This document shows, piece after piece, positions 51,544-61,741 of a stretch of 64,000 bases of DNA. Position numbers and translations under genes: made by a program. The stretch covers positions 2,498-66,497 of the forward strand of contig JAQXEZ010000001.1 in the NCBI GenBank assembly GCA_029250605.1, read 5' to 3'. The notes beneath the pieces are model-generated. The model saw only the letters and a list, made by a program, of their open reading frames with translations. It was not told the DNA's origin and did not search any database. The stretch is from Candidatus Thalassarchaeaceae archaeon. GTDB taxonomy: Archaea > Thermoplasmatota > Poseidoniia > Poseidoniales > Thalassarchaeaceae. Position 1 is the stretch's first letter. Each line of letters starts with the position of its first letter.

Positions 51544-54435
51544 TTGTCCAATGGAGTGGCCGAGGGAGGCGTAGTGAACTTCGGAGAGGTGAATATTCCC
51601 TTCTGGTCGGAATCGGGGCATGTTTGCAAGAAATGTTCTGTGACTGGTGCCAGATTCTGGACTAGGGACGAAAATAGGAGGACCTGTGGGGATAGCACTG
51701 ATGATCCATACACATTCATCGGAAATCCAATTATCTCTGGATTTACGATTAGGGGGAAGGAACTGAAGGATGCGATGCGAGAGAAATTCCAAGACTTCTT
51801 CGAAAAGAGAGGTCACTCTAGAATTCCCCCATTTCCTGTTATAGCGAGATGGAGGGATGATATCCACCTCACAATTGCCAGTATAGCAGACTTCCAACCC
51901 CATGTGACTAGCGGACTCGTGCCTCCTCCGGCAAATCCACTGGTAATCAGCCAACCCTGCATTAGGCTAACCGATGTTGCTGCCGTGGGAAGGTCTGGAA
52001 GGCACCTATCAACATTTGAGATGATGGCTCATCACGCCTTCAACAGACCAAAAGAAGATGACACGATATACTGGATTGACCAATGCGTAAGGTATTGCGA
52101 TGAGATGCTCATCGGAGAATTCGGCATCAGTCCAGCGGAATTGACCTATGTTGAGAATCCTTGGTCAGGGGGGGGTAATGCAGGCCCAGCTTTGGAAGTG
52201 ATAGTTGGGGGGTTAGAGTTGGCCACACTAGTTTTCATGAACCTAGAGGAACATGAAGGGGGTGAAGTTGAGATTAAGGGGCTCAGATATCGTGAGATGG
52301 ACTTGCAGATAATCGACACTGGTTACGGACTTGAGAGATTCTGCTGGGCCGCAGCAGGTACGTCGACGATATATGATGCAATTTATCCGGAGTCGGTAAA
52401 TTGGCTGAAAGATCTGGCCGGATTCGAGGAGATGGTTAGGGGACTCGAACTCTCTTCCAATACTGATCTTCTATTGGGGGAGTTATCACGATTAGCTGGG
52501 ATCCTGAATATCGATGTAGGAACGGATGTCGAGGCCCTGTTCTTGAAACTGTCAGAGAGGCTACTAGAGTCGGGCCTGGAAGTTTCGATCGAAGAACTCA
52601 AGCGCCTCACTGAGCCATTATCCAGCATCTATGCAATACCGGATCATATGCACGCTATCTGCAATATGTTGGGCGATGGATTGGTTCCAAGCAACTCAAA
52701 GGCCGGATACTTGGTCAGGATGCTGGCAAGAAGGGTGTGCAGGATGAAGGAAGAACTGGCACTTGGGGTCTCACTATCTGAACTCGGTATTCATCACATT
52801 GAAAAACATCTAGAATTCACCAATTTTACCCAATCTAAAGATGGTGTGATGAGAATCTTGGAACTCGAGGAAATAAGATACCATGAAATGCTTCGAAAGG
52901 GCGAAGCAGCGGTAAAGACGGCCTTCAGAGAATTGCCATTTGAATCAACAGAAGCTCCAGATGAGACTCTCTTTAGATTGTCAGAGGAACGTGGCTTGAA
53001 TCCAGAAATGGCAATTTCCATAGCCAAAATTGCAGGCTGGACAGAGTTGGCTGTCAGAGTCGGCTTCGCCGCGGACATGGCATCTAGGAATGCAGAAAGG
53101 ACCAAGGCCGCGGCCAAAGAAAAGACCCAGTCCAATATATTCCCCCTCGATGATTATCCTTCAACATCAATGGACTACTATGATGATACCAGCAAGACTT
53201 CTTTCGAAGCATCTGTATTAGGTTGCGGCAATCTATCCGAATCGCAATTATCTTCTCTAAATCCATCTAGTGAGGTCACTAAAATTCCTACTCACTATGT
53301 AGTTCTGGATCGAACACTATTCTATCCCGAGGGAGGGGGGCAATTGGGGGATCAAGGCTCCTTAGGTGATGTTCTGGTCTGTGACACTAGAGTCGAAAAT
53401 GGCACCATATACCATCTCACCGATGGTTCGATACCAATCGGCGAGGTCTCTGGAACTGTTAGTTGGGACAGACGCCGTCAGTTGATGGACCATCACACAG
53501 CCGTGCACATTGTCGGAGGAAGCGCTCGAGCACTACTGGGTCCGCATATTTGGCAAGCAGGCTCCAACAAGGGAGCACGTTACGCTAGGATAGACCTCAC
53601 TCACTTTTCCCGTCTTTCGAGAGATGAGCTTAATCGAATTGAGGATCTCTCTAACGATGTAATTGCCTCTGATGCCACGGTCGAGAAACTCGAAATGTCT
53701 CGTGCCGAAGCGGACGAATTATTCGGTTTCGAGTTGTATCAGGGCGGCCCTCCAAAATCCAGTCGGATTAGGGTGATCAGAATCGGTGATCACGATGTCC
53801 AAGCCTGTGGGGGGACGCATCACGACAAAGTCGGTAAAATTGGGGAGTTACGCATCATTCGGTCCAGTCAAGTCCAAGACGGGGTGGAGCGTCTGCAAAT
53901 CGTGGCAGGTGAGACGGCACGCGAGCATGCAAGGGAGCAAGAGCGACTATTGAAAGAATCAAGCGAGGTTCTCGGCGTCTCCTCTGAAGATTTACCAACA
54001 GCCGTTTCCCGATTCTTTGACGAATGGAAGTCACAACAGAAGAAGATAGAGTCATTGGAGGCCGAAATCGTCAGACTAAGGACCAGTGGCGGTGGCGATG
54101 GAGCTATTGAGAGAGATGGAATTCGTTATTCAATTATGGAAGTAGAGGGTGGCATTAAGGCACTAATGTCAATGCTTGGGGAACTAACTAGAGACCCATC
54201 AAAACCAACACTTGCGGTTCTCGGCACTAAGGATGACGGAGGGAAACTTATCGTCGCTATAACCGAAGGCACTCCAGCCGCAGAGGCCCACAATGCCGTA
54301 GAAATACTAAATTCAATTTCTACCCACATTGGCGGGGGTGGGGGGGGAAGCCCGACCATGGCACAAGGGGGCGGTTCCAATTCAGATGGAATTCCAGCAG
54401 CCCTAGACTCTGCACGACAACTCCTAGGTTTGTGA
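51544..54435 (+). CDS. alaS: Alanine--tRNA ligase (archaeal type)
   Basis: The N-terminal Cys-containing FWT....CGD segment, FEMMAHHAF, editing-domain HTAVHIV and CGGTH, and a C-terminal DHHA1-like GGGGGGSPTMAQGGG are present. TTG start. Confidence 0.93.
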   Translation: MSNGVAEGGVVNFGEVNIPFWSESGHVCKKCSVTGARFWTRDENRRTCGDSTDDPYTFIGNPIISGFTIRGKELKDAMREKFQDFFEKRGHSRIPPFPVIARWRDDIHLTIASIADFQPHVTSGLVPPPANPLVISQPCIRLTDVAAVGRSGRHLSTFEMMAHHAFNRPKEDDTIYWIDQCVRYCDEMLIGEFGISPAELTYVENPWSGGGNAGPALEVIVGGLELATLVFMNLEEHEGGEVEIKGLRYREMDLQIIDTGYGLERFCWAAAGTSTIYDAIYPESVNWLKDLAGFEEMVRGLELSSNTDLLLGELSRLAGILNIDVGTDVEALFLKLSERLLESGLEVSIEELKRLTEPLSSIYAIPDHMHAICNMLGDGLVPSNSKAGYLVRMLARRVCRMKEELALGVSLSELGIHHIEKHLEFTNFTQSKDGVMRILELEEIRYHEMLRKGEAAVKTAFRELPFESTEAPDETLFRLSEERGLNPEMAISIAKIAGWTELAVRVGFAADMASRNAERTKAAAKEKTQSNIFPLDDYPSTSMDYYDDTSKTSFEASVLGCGNLSESQLSSLNPSSEVTKIPTHYVVLDRTLFYPEGGGQLGDQGSLGDVLVCDTRVENGTIYHLTDGSIPIGEVSGTVSWDRRRQLMDHHTAVHIVGGSARALLGPHIWQAGSNKGARYARIDLTHFSRLSRDELNRIEDLSNDVIASDATVEKLEMSRAEADELFGFELYQGGPPKSSRIRVIRIGDHDVQACGGTHHDKVGKIGELRIIRSSQVQDGVERLQIVAGETAREHAREQERLLKESSEVLGVSSEDLPTAVSRFFDEWKSQQKKIESLEAEIVRLRTSGGGDGAIERDGIRYSIMEVEGGIKALMSMLGELTRDPSKPTLAVLGTKDDGGKLIVAITEGTPAAEAHNAVEILNSISTHIGGGGGGSPTMAQGGGSNSDGIPAALDSARQLLGL

Positions 54436-54439
54436 GAAA

Positions 54440-55645
54440 ATGGGCGTTTCAGTTGATGCTTCCAAGAGGGCCTCTTCTATCGAGTACGCGATCAGGGACG
54501 TCGTCGTTCCAGCAATAGAGCTGGAGAAGCAGGGGCACGAGATTATCAGGTTGAATATCGGGGATCCGCTGGCATACAAGGGACTCCAGACTCCGAGGCA
54601 CATGATTGATGCATACAAGAGAGCCCTTGACTCCCAAGACAACGGGTATGGCCCATCATATGGGATAACCCCTCTAAGAAAGGCAATTGCTTCCACCGAG
54701 TCCAGGAAAGGATGGGTATGCTCGGAGGAAGATGTTTACGTGACCCACGGAGTAACTGAGGCATTACAGATATTGTTTGCAGCCTTCCTAGAACCAGGAG
54801 ATTCCATTCTTGCTCCCGGGCCGCACTACCCTCCATACATGGCATATCCACAAATGTACGGGGCTAAGACGATCGAATACAAGTTAGACTCGGAGGATTG
54901 CTGGCGCATCGACTTCGATGACATTCGCTCAAAGATGGACGAAAAGGTACGACTCTTGGTTCTAATTAACCCAAATAATCCTACGGGCAACGTCCCCCTT
55001 CCATCTGAAATAGACTCGTTAATTGAAATCGCCAGAGATTTTCCAAAGTGCACATTAGTCTCAGATGAGATATACGACGGCCTAGACTTCTCAGGAAATT
55101 TTGTCTCTCTCGCATCAAGATCAACGGATGTCCCAGTAATCACCCTAAACGGAGTCTCTAAGGTCTATTTCGCACCAGGATGGAGGATTGGGTACATGGC
55201 ATGGCATGATCCTATGGGGGTGCTGCATAATGTCAGAGATGGGGTCGAGAGGCTGCTCCGTAGTCGTCTTTGTGCCTCAACTCCAGCTCAGTATGGTTTT
55301 CTTGCAGGTCTCGTTGAAGATCAAGATTGGCTGGTCGCTCATCGAGAACTAATTAAGAAAAGACTGGATTACTCACTTAGTCGAATAGAATCCATAGATG
55401 GATTAGAGTGCCAGTCCCCGGGAGGATCATTCTACTTATTTGTAAGAATCACAGATCCAACGTTAGCATCGGATGACAAGAACTTCGTCTTAGACCTCCT
55501 CCACAAGAAGCATGTCCTGCTCGTCCATGGTTCTGGTTTCTCCCCCGAGATGGGCAAAGGGCACTTCAGGATGGTATGCCTGCCGGAAGTGGAGTTGCTC
55601 TCAGAGGCATTCGACAGAATCGATGCATTCCTACGGGGTGAGTGA
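54440..55645 (+). CDS. Class I/II pyridoxal-phosphate aminotransferase (alanine or aspartate aminotransferase-like)
   Basis: YGPSYGITPLRKAIA, INPNNPTG and the PLP-lysine context GVSKVYFAPGWRIGY. It starts 4 nt after the alaS stop. Confidence 0.88.
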   Translation: MGVSVDASKRASSIEYAIRDVVVPAIELEKQGHEIIRLNIGDPLAYKGLQTPRHMIDAYKRALDSQDNGYGPSYGITPLRKAIASTESRKGWVCSEEDVYVTHGVTEALQILFAAFLEPGDSILAPGPHYPPYMAYPQMYGAKTIEYKLDSEDCWRIDFDDIRSKMDEKVRLLVLINPNNPTGNVPLPSEIDSLIEIARDFPKCTLVSDEIYDGLDFSGNFVSLASRSTDVPVITLNGVSKVYFAPGWRIGYMAWHDPMGVLHNVRDGVERLLRSRLCASTPAQYGFLAGLVEDQDWLVAHRELIKKRLDYSLSRIESIDGLECQSPGGSFYLFVRITDPTLASDDKNFVLDLLHKKHVLLVHGSGFSPEMGKGHFRMVCLPEVELLSEAFDRIDAFLRGE

Positions 55646-55761
55646 TGAAAAATCACCACGCTGAACACCAAATCCCCAGTTTTCCAGCAGTCAATCCCCA
55701 TTAATCATTATAGCCGAACCCAAGTTGCATGAAACGCCCTCCATGAGGGCGGGGTGTTTGT

Positions 55762-58700
55762 ATGGCCTTAACACACAATCAATATGCAGTCGCAGCGATT
55801 ACTGCAACGCTGTGCTTGGCAGGTCTTTACACCGTAGTTGGTGCCGGACTTTCAAGCACGAATAGCGGTGGTTTCGAATCAGCTGTGGAAGATTTGGAGT
55901 TGAACCCTGGGAATCAGAGAGAGTGCCCGCCTGACATTCCAACGATAGGTTGTGATTGGGATGGCGATGGGATTGCAGATCGTATGGAAAGCACCCTCTA
56001 CGGGACCAATTGGCAGGAAGCGGATACCGATGGGGATGGCCTAGACGATGGATGGGAAATAGAGAATGGGCTCGATCCTCTCGATACTGGGCAGCCATGC
56101 ATCACGATAGGAGAGGGACTCACTGAGGTAGAATGCGAAGACATCCCAGTAGCTTCGGTAGACACCGAGAGGGAGACGGGAGAGCAGAATGAGACATTCC
56201 CAAATCCGGACAACGGACCACTTGGAGACCCAGATAGAGATGGGCTGACAAATCTAGATGAGGCGGAGTTGGGGACGAACCCCCGTCTGAAGGACACCGA
56301 TGGGGATGGCCTGAATGATCGGTGGGAATCTAGGCACACTCACGAAATTACTACTCCGGCAGGAGTCATTACCCTGCTAGACCCACTTGATGGGAATTGG
56401 AATTGCCCATTGCTGACTCCCTCGATGAAGGCAGAGATTAAACTGGACATCGGCGACGATTTGTGGGAGGAGATGGGTTCTCAATTCGGCCATTCCTGTG
56501 ATGCTATTCTGGATCTAGAACTTCCCGAGCCAGACACGCTAAGGAACTTTGTGGAGGAGAAATATGATACAAATCCGCGAGATTCCGACAGCGATGGGGA
56601 TCTTATAGACGATTTAGTTGAGATTTCTACTCATCTGGTGGATCTGGAATCTTTCTGTGGCCGTCCAACCTTCGGGACCCTAACATTACCAGCCCCGCAC
56701 CTCCGTGCATTTGCTTCAGAAATCCAATTCACTGCTCAGGCTCTGCCAAATGGCGGAATTCAGACAACTCTTCAGAAGAAGAGCCCGCTGGACAACCCCA
56801 ACTGGTTCAATGAGGATATGGATGGCGATGGCAGGTTGAACGGACCAGGGGACTGGGACACGGATGGCGATGGGATGCCCGACGGATTCGAATTCTGCTA
56901 CTCATTTGATTCAGATTACAACTGGTTCCTTAACCCGGCAAACTCGACGGATTCATATGGTGATTCTGACGGAGACGGACTGAACAATGTCGAAGAATTC
57001 GAAGTTTCTTACGATTGGGGGCCTTCAAACTTCACTAACCCCCTAAATCCAGATACTGACCAAGATGGTATGCCTGATGGCTGGGAGTTCCAAAGCGGAA
57101 TCCACCCCAATGATGGCAGCAATGCCGATGATGACCCAGACTTCGATGGCTACGACGCTGACAACGATGGTTCTGTAACTTACAAAGATATGATTGGTGC
57201 GACTACGATTGAGAGGATAGACGTCACCCCCGGTGAATATGTTCAGGCGAACAAGACAGTACTCTGGGTCCGAACGGTCGTGGATAGCAATTACGTCAAT
57301 ATCCCCGTCAAGACTGAAACCGCTGGCTGGGTTTACCACATCAATGTGGAGATTGATCAAGAGGTAAAAAGCCGACTACAATCACTAATCACCGTCGTCG
57401 AGCAGCACGAGAGGTTCACAAACCTGGATGAGTACAATGCCAGAGACAGAGATGGAGATGGGGTTGTTGACGGGAGGTCTACCGATCCACTGGTCGCAGA
57501 CACCGATGCAGACGGGCTAATAGACGGCATCGAAGTCATCGGATGGAAGATTCGCATCGTCGACTTCGGCGTACGAGAGGTCATTGTACGCTCGGATCCC
57601 GGAGTCTTCGATACGGACAAGGATGGTCTTTCTGACTCGGTTGAGTACTACGAGACATTCACTAACGCAACGGACAAGGATACCGATAACGATGGACTGG
57701 AAGACTATAGGGAGGCCGTTGATGGTCACCCTTGGTACGATAACGGGACATTGGTTTACTATTTCACGAATGCCTCAGCCTTTGATACAGACAACGACGG
57801 CCTTGAGGATGGGGAGGAGGTTGTAGACGGGCTTGACCTTTACATCACCCATGGCAACAATGCCGACACCGATGGTGACGGCCTTAACGATGGAAGCGAG
57901 GTCCTCTTTGTCCCTCGCCCTTGGCAGGGCTCAACTAATCCACTCCTCAATGACACCGATGGGGACGGGCAACCCGATGGCTGGGAGATGCAGGTTTTCT
58001 CAGTCCAGGAGAACACAAACAGCCACAGCCTCTGGATTTCTACAAACAACTGGCTCCCTCCTGGGTGCGAATCAATGATTGAATGCGGCAAGGGTCCCGG
58101 GGGTTGGATCTGGATTAACTATGTCTCAGGATTCGATTCTTCGGGTGATAGGGACGGCGATGGGGTTCTAGACCCCCAATACTTCCTACATGAGATGAAC
58201 CTGTCTGGATTTTCGGTACCTGAGCAGGGTAGATGGGCACTAGACCCATCATTCGGTTCTCCAGTGGACTCGATATACGATATCGACAACGACACCCTCC
58301 AGAACTCTCTAGAGGCCCCGGATAGATGGGACACCAACCCCGTAGACGACGACTCAGATGGAGACAGGCTCCCTGACGGCTGGGAGGTGAGCTATTCTGA
58401 GCAGGCAATTGAGCTCGGACTCGTCGACAACAACACTCTGAATGCACTTGGTTCCAGGGGCCCAATGGACCCGAGGATGCCAGACTCGGACCTCGATGGG
58501 ATCAACGATGGTAGCGAGGATATGGATAATGACGGCCTCAACAGGACCAATCTGATGTACCGATACTGCCCAGGATGGGATGACCCCCAAGATTTCGAAT
58601 GCCACATCGACCCTACTACTCCTGCTGGATCACTGTTCTATGATGACTTGGAGAATTATACCAATTTCGAAGAGTACCAGAATGGCACTAGCCCGATCAA

Positions 58701-58944
58701 TAACGACACTGATGGGGACAAGTGGAACGATGGATCCGAGGTCTTCCACCAAGATCAGGACGAGGATGGCATGTGGGCTGGGTGGGAGTACTATTTCGGA
58801 TACGATCCATTCGACTCATCAGATTCCCTAATTGACTCGGATGGGGATGGTTTTGTGAATCGGTGCGAGAGTCAATGGAACACCAATCCGAAGGATCCAA
58901 CAAGCTTCCCTTCCCAAGGCGAACTATGCAACGACTTCGACTAA
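55762..58944 (+). CDS. Secreted or anchored protein built from thrombospondin type 3-like calcium-binding repeats
   Basis: 1060 aa. N-terminal hydrophobic segment [22 protein letters not shown]. There are more than 20 copies of D.D.DG..D..E motifs ([60 protein letters not shown] and others). No C-terminal TM. Confidence 0.8.
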   Translation: MALTHNQYAVAAITATLCLAGLYTVVGAGLSSTNSGGFESAVEDLELNPGNQRECPPDIPTIGCDWDGDGIADRMESTLYGTNWQEADTDGDGLDDGWEIENGLDPLDTGQPCITIGEGLTEVECEDIPVASVDTERETGEQNETFPNPDNGPLGDPDRDGLTNLDEAELGTNPRLKDTDGDGLNDRWESRHTHEITTPAGVITLLDPLDGNWNCPLLTPSMKAEIKLDIGDDLWEEMGSQFGHSCDAILDLELPEPDTLRNFVEEKYDTNPRDSDSDGDLIDDLVEISTHLVDLESFCGRPTFGTLTLPAPHLRAFASEIQFTAQALPNGGIQTTLQKKSPLDNPNWFNEDMDGDGRLNGPGDWDTDGDGMPDGFEFCYSFDSDYNWFLNPANSTDSYGDSDGDGLNNVEEFEVSYDWGPSNFTNPLNPDTDQDGMPDGWEFQSGIHPNDGSNADDDPDFDGYDADNDGSVTYKDMIGATTIERIDVTPGEYVQANKTVLWVRTVVDSNYVNIPVKTETAGWVYHINVEIDQEVKSRLQSLITVVEQHERFTNLDEYNARDRDGDGVVDGRSTDPLVADTDADGLIDGIEVIGWKIRIVDFGVREVIVRSDPGVFDTDKDGLSDSVEYYETFTNATDKDTDNDGLEDYREAVDGHPWYDNGTLVYYFTNASAFDTDNDGLEDGEEVVDGLDLYITHGNNADTDGDGLNDGSEVLFVPRPWQGSTNPLLNDTDGDGQPDGWEMQVFSVQENTNSHSLWISTNNWLPPGCESMIECGKGPGGWIWINYVSGFDSSGDRDGDGVLDPQYFLHEMNLSGFSVPEQGRWALDPSFGSPVDSIYDIDNDTLQNSLEAPDRWDTNPVDDDSDGDRLPDGWEVSYSEQAIELGLVDNNTLNALGSRGPMDPRMPDSDLDGINDGSEDMDNDGLNRTNLMYRYCPGWDDPQDFECHIDPTTPAGSLFYDDLENYTNFEEYQNGTSPINNDTDGDKWNDGSEVFHQDQDEDGMWAGWEYYFGYDPFDSSDSLIDSDGDGFVNRCESQWNTNPKDPTSFPSQGELCNDFD

Positions 58945-59990
58945 TCGACGTTGAATTTCTGGAATACTTCATTCGTAGTCATGCTAACCCGAATGAATGT
59001 GGTGCATTTGGGGAGGTCTTTGATCCTCCTGGCACCTACGTATGAACAGGCCGATCTCAACCCTCCTAGAATCGATTGGATGGTGGTCTCGAGAGCTCCT
59101 CGATAGGGGACTCTGACCTCTTTCCCCTCCGGAGCCCTGTGTCCAGCAATCTCTCCATAGTGAGTCTCCATTGCCCTTGCCGAAGACATTCCGTAGAACG
59201 ACTTGTATTTATTCCCGTCCTTATCATCAATCACTTCTCCCCCGGACTCGTCATGACCTGCTAGCATCCCTCCGAGCATCACAAAGTCAGCCCCAGCCGC
59301 GAATGCCTTGGAAACGTCACCAGGTGATGAGCAACCACCATCTGACATCACATGCCCATTAAGTCCGTGAGCAGCATCAGCGCACTCTGAAATTGCCGAT
59401 AGTTGCGGGTAGCCAACACCCGCAACCTTCCTAGTCGTGCATACAGAACCAGGGCCAATTCCAACCTTTACTATGTCTGCCCCAGCCAGTATCAGGGCCT
59501 CTGTCATCTCCCTGGTTGCAACATTCCCTGCAATGATTATTTTGTCAGAGAATTCCTTTCTGACCTTCCTTACAAATTGTAGGAATACTTCTCGGTACCC
59601 ATTTGCAACATCAATGCAAATCATCCTCAGATCTTTGTTGGTCGCCACCTTTCTCTTCAATAGGTCGAAACTCTCGGCTGTTGAACCACATGTAACTGCG
59701 ATACATGTTGGGTCTACCCCTTCTCCCCATGCCTCTGAAAATTCTCTGGTGGAGTAGAATTTTTGCGTACAGGTCAGCATTTTGTGCCCTTGTAGCACTC
59801 TAGCAATCGAAAACAATCCTGTTGTATCCATGTTTGCAGCTACTATTGGTATTCCTGTCCAAGTTCCCTCTGTGTGTCTAAACTTGAATTCCCTGACTAG
59901 ATCTACATCCGATCTTGAGACCAACGTGCTCCTCTTGGGACGTATTAGTACATCATCGAAAGTTAGCTTCAGATCACGCTCTATTCGCAT
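58941..59990 (-). CDS. guaC: GMP reductase (IMPDH/GMPR family)
   Basis: [31 protein letters not shown] closely follows the canonical GuaC N-terminus. The Cys loop is [11 protein letters not shown]. 349 aa with no CBS insertion. Confidence 0.88.
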   Translation of the reverse strand: MRIERDLKLTFDDVLIRPKRSTLVSRSDVDLVREFKFRHTEGTWTGIPIVAANMDTTGLFSIARVLQGHKMLTCTQKFYSTREFSEAWGEGVDPTCIAVTCGSTAESFDLLKRKVATNKDLRMICIDVANGYREVFLQFVRKVRKEFSDKIIIAGNVATREMTEALILAGADIVKVGIGPGSVCTTRKVAGVGYPQLSAISECADAAHGLNGHVMSDGGCSSPGDVSKAFAAGADFVMLGGMLAGHDESGGEVIDDKDGNKYKSFYGMSSARAMETHYGEIAGHRAPEGKEVRVPYRGALETTIQSILGGLRSACSYVGARRIKDLPKCTTFIRVSMTTNEVFQKFNVD

Positions 59991-60050
59991 ATGACCTTAC
60001 TACTCCAACGAAGGTGGACTTATGACTGTAATCATCATACTCCAATTTGG

Positions 60051-60125
60051 TGCTCGTGCCGGGATTTGAACCCGGGTCGACGGATCGAGAGTCCGACATG
60101 ATGGACCGAACTACACCACACGAGC
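60051..60125 (-). tRNA. tRNA-Glu (anticodon CTC)
   Basis: The reverse complement reads GCTCGTG TG GTGTAGTTCGGTCCATCAT G TCGGA CTCTCGA TCCGT..CCGGGTTCAAATCCCGG CACGAGC A. CCA is encoded (60048-60050 on the + strand). Confidence 0.88.
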
Positions 60126-60187
60126 GGTAACTTGGGGAGGCCCCATCTCTATTTCAAAACGTTGTATTTCGCCATAGTTCTCCTAAC

Positions 60188-60205
60188 TTCACTTTCACTT
60201 TCACT
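60188..60205 (+). repeat. (TTCACT)x3 hexanucleotide tandem repeat in the tRNA-Glu / small-ORF intergenic region
   Basis: Read directly: cTTCACTTTCACTTTCACTta, 25 nt upstream of ATG 60230. Confidence 0.9.
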
Positions 60206-60229
60206 TACGCCCCTTTTGGCTCGATTAAT

Positions 60230-60529
60230 ATGTCAATGACCAGACATAGGGTCATGATTGGAAGAAGAAAGCAACACACTGCAATAAGATATAGGAAGAG
60301 GCCAGAACCACATCAAGTTGTCCCCTTGTCTAGTCTAAAGATGACTGAAAACAAAATGGGAAGAGACAATTACGGCATCATAGTCAGCCATTCAGGAGAT
60401 CTAGATTGCAGTCAATCTTGGTCCCCAATGGTGGTGCACAACAGTCTTGTTGAGATCAGCCCCAATGGGTGGGCCGGTTTGCATCGTAGGATGCTATCAT
60501 CCATTCCCGCCAAAGCGGAGGTATCTTGA
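60230..60529 (+). CDS. Hypothetical small basic protein
   Basis: 99-aa ORF with an Arg/Lys-rich N-terminus (MSMTRHRVMIGRRKQHTAIRYRKRPEP). Its stop overlaps the next start (ATGA at 60526-60529). No homology is recognised. Confidence 0.4.
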   Translation: MSMTRHRVMIGRRKQHTAIRYRKRPEPHQVVPLSSLKMTENKMGRDNYGIIVSHSGDLDCSQSWSPMVVHNSLVEISPNGWAGLHRRMLSSIPAKAEVS

Positions 60530-60786
60530 TGTCACGGACAAGGAGGCTTAGGGGTGAGGTTCTTGCTCTCTTAGAGGATAAAGGGACAGCAAATACAGTG
60601 GAGATTTTTGATCACTTGAATGACAGATTCCGATGGGGGGCTACCATGAACCAGGTAGGAAATATCATGGCAAAGGACTCTAGATTCTCCAAAGTAGGAC
60701 ACGTCAGGGGGCCATTCAGAGGGAGCGTATACACCGTCTGTGTCTGGGGTCTTTCCCAGAAGGAAACCACTCTGGTAATATCTTAG
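60526..60786 (+). CDS. Hypothetical small protein, possibly a winged-helix DNA-binding protein
   Basis: 86 aa. RLRGEVLALLEDKGTANTVEIFDHLNDRF....MNQVGNIMAKDSRFSKVG has the helix-turn-helix plus wing spacing typical of small wHTH regulators. This is inference only. Confidence 0.45.
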   Translation: MMSRTRRLRGEVLALLEDKGTANTVEIFDHLNDRFRWGATMNQVGNIMAKDSRFSKVGHVRGPFRGSVYTVCVWGLSQKETTLVIS

Positions 60787-60826
60787 TCAGGGAAGGGATG
60801 AAGACTCTCCTCTTCGTCAATGAGTT

Positions 60827-61741
60827 GTGAAAGCACCCCCATCAGTCCATTCATGGGCATCCTTATTCCGAGCAGGAAACTCTGTGTCTGGGGTATTTGG
60901 GGTATTTCTGGGATCAATATTGGCATCAAGAGGACTGCCCAGTGGAGACTATGCTATAATCACGGTACTGCATTCTATATCAGTAATGACGTTCATGTTC
61001 TCATGGAACGCCCTCAATGACTACGTGGACATTGAGATCGATAAGACAAACAGGCCAGATAGGCCACTTCCTTCGGGAGCAATAGCTTTGGAATCCGCTA
61101 GAAGGGGGATCCAAATCACCGGGATTATTTCAGTAATCTCATTGATGCTTGCTGGCTATGTTTCCTCGACTGGGAGTTCGGGGGTAGGGGATTGGATACC
61201 ATCATTGGCAATATGGTCATTTGCACTAGTTCTATTGTTTAACTACGAATCAAGCTCAAGATTCAGCTACAAGATGAAGGACAAGGGCCTACCAGGAAAT
61301 ATCGCAATCAGCCTATCTGTAGGCCTAGTGATAATATTTGGTGCTGCTAGTGTTTCTAAGCCACTGGATGCTAGGTCCTGGGTGGTCTTCCTGATCGGAT
61401 TCTTTTACAATCTTTCAAGGGAGATTGTGAAAGACATAGAAGACATTGATGGAGATGAGGGGAGGAACACGTTTGCAATGAGGGCGGGCGTGGATAGGGC
61501 ACGCGCAGTAGCCGCAGTTTTGCTTGCATTGGCTCTAGCCGCTATACTTGCTCCATTCTTGCCATTTTTCCAGATTTTCACTGACTGGCATGTGATTTTT
61601 GTTATCCCAGCAGTAGTTTCTCTGATGATGGTGAAGCCCAGATTATTCGCTACCGAAGATAACGCTGCGCAGAAATTAATCAAAATATCGATGCAACTTT
61701 GTCTATTTGCGTTCTTGACGATGTCCCTGGTTCCGAGTTAA
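60827..61741 (+). CDS. UbiA-family prenyltransferase, probably digeranylgeranylglyceryl phosphate synthase
   Basis: GTG start. First Asp-rich motif NALNDYVDIEIDKTNRPDRPLPSG and second KDIEDIDGDEGRNTFA. About 8 TM helices. The size and motifs fit archaeal DGGGPS. Confidence 0.8.
   Translation: MKAPPSVHSWASLFRAGNSVSGVFGVFLGSILASRGLPSGDYAIITVLHSISVMTFMFSWNALNDYVDIEIDKTNRPDRPLPSGAIALESARRGIQITGIISVISLMLAGYVSSTGSSGVGDWIPSLAIWSFALVLLFNYESSSRFSYKMKDKGLPGNIAISLSVGLVIIFGAASVSKPLDARSWVVFLIGFFYNLSREIVKDIEDIDGDEGRNTFAMRAGVDRARAVAAVLLALALAAILAPFLPFFQIFTDWHVIFVIPAVVSLMMVKPRLFATEDNAAQKLIKISMQLCLFAFLTMSLVPS

Noticed and set aside
50874-51665. 263-aa plus-strand ORF antisense to rtcB
   Set aside because: It lies almost entirely within the strongly supported rtcB gene on the opposite strand. 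Its Ser/Pro/Leu-rich composition is typical of an antisense shadow frame.
54331-54352. G-rich run (ggcgggggtggggggggaagc) as a possible G-quadruplex or slippage site
   Set aside because: It encodes the conserved GGGGGGS loop of the AlaRS C-terminal DHHA1-like domain in frame. There is no evidence of a frameshift.
60048-60830. Integrated mobile element or provirus remnant at tRNA-Glu
   Set aside because: No integrase, no transposase and no direct repeat of the tRNA 3' half were found. The small ORFs flank the tRNA 5' end rather than the usual 3' attachment side. The locus is kept only as a candidate small-cassette finding.
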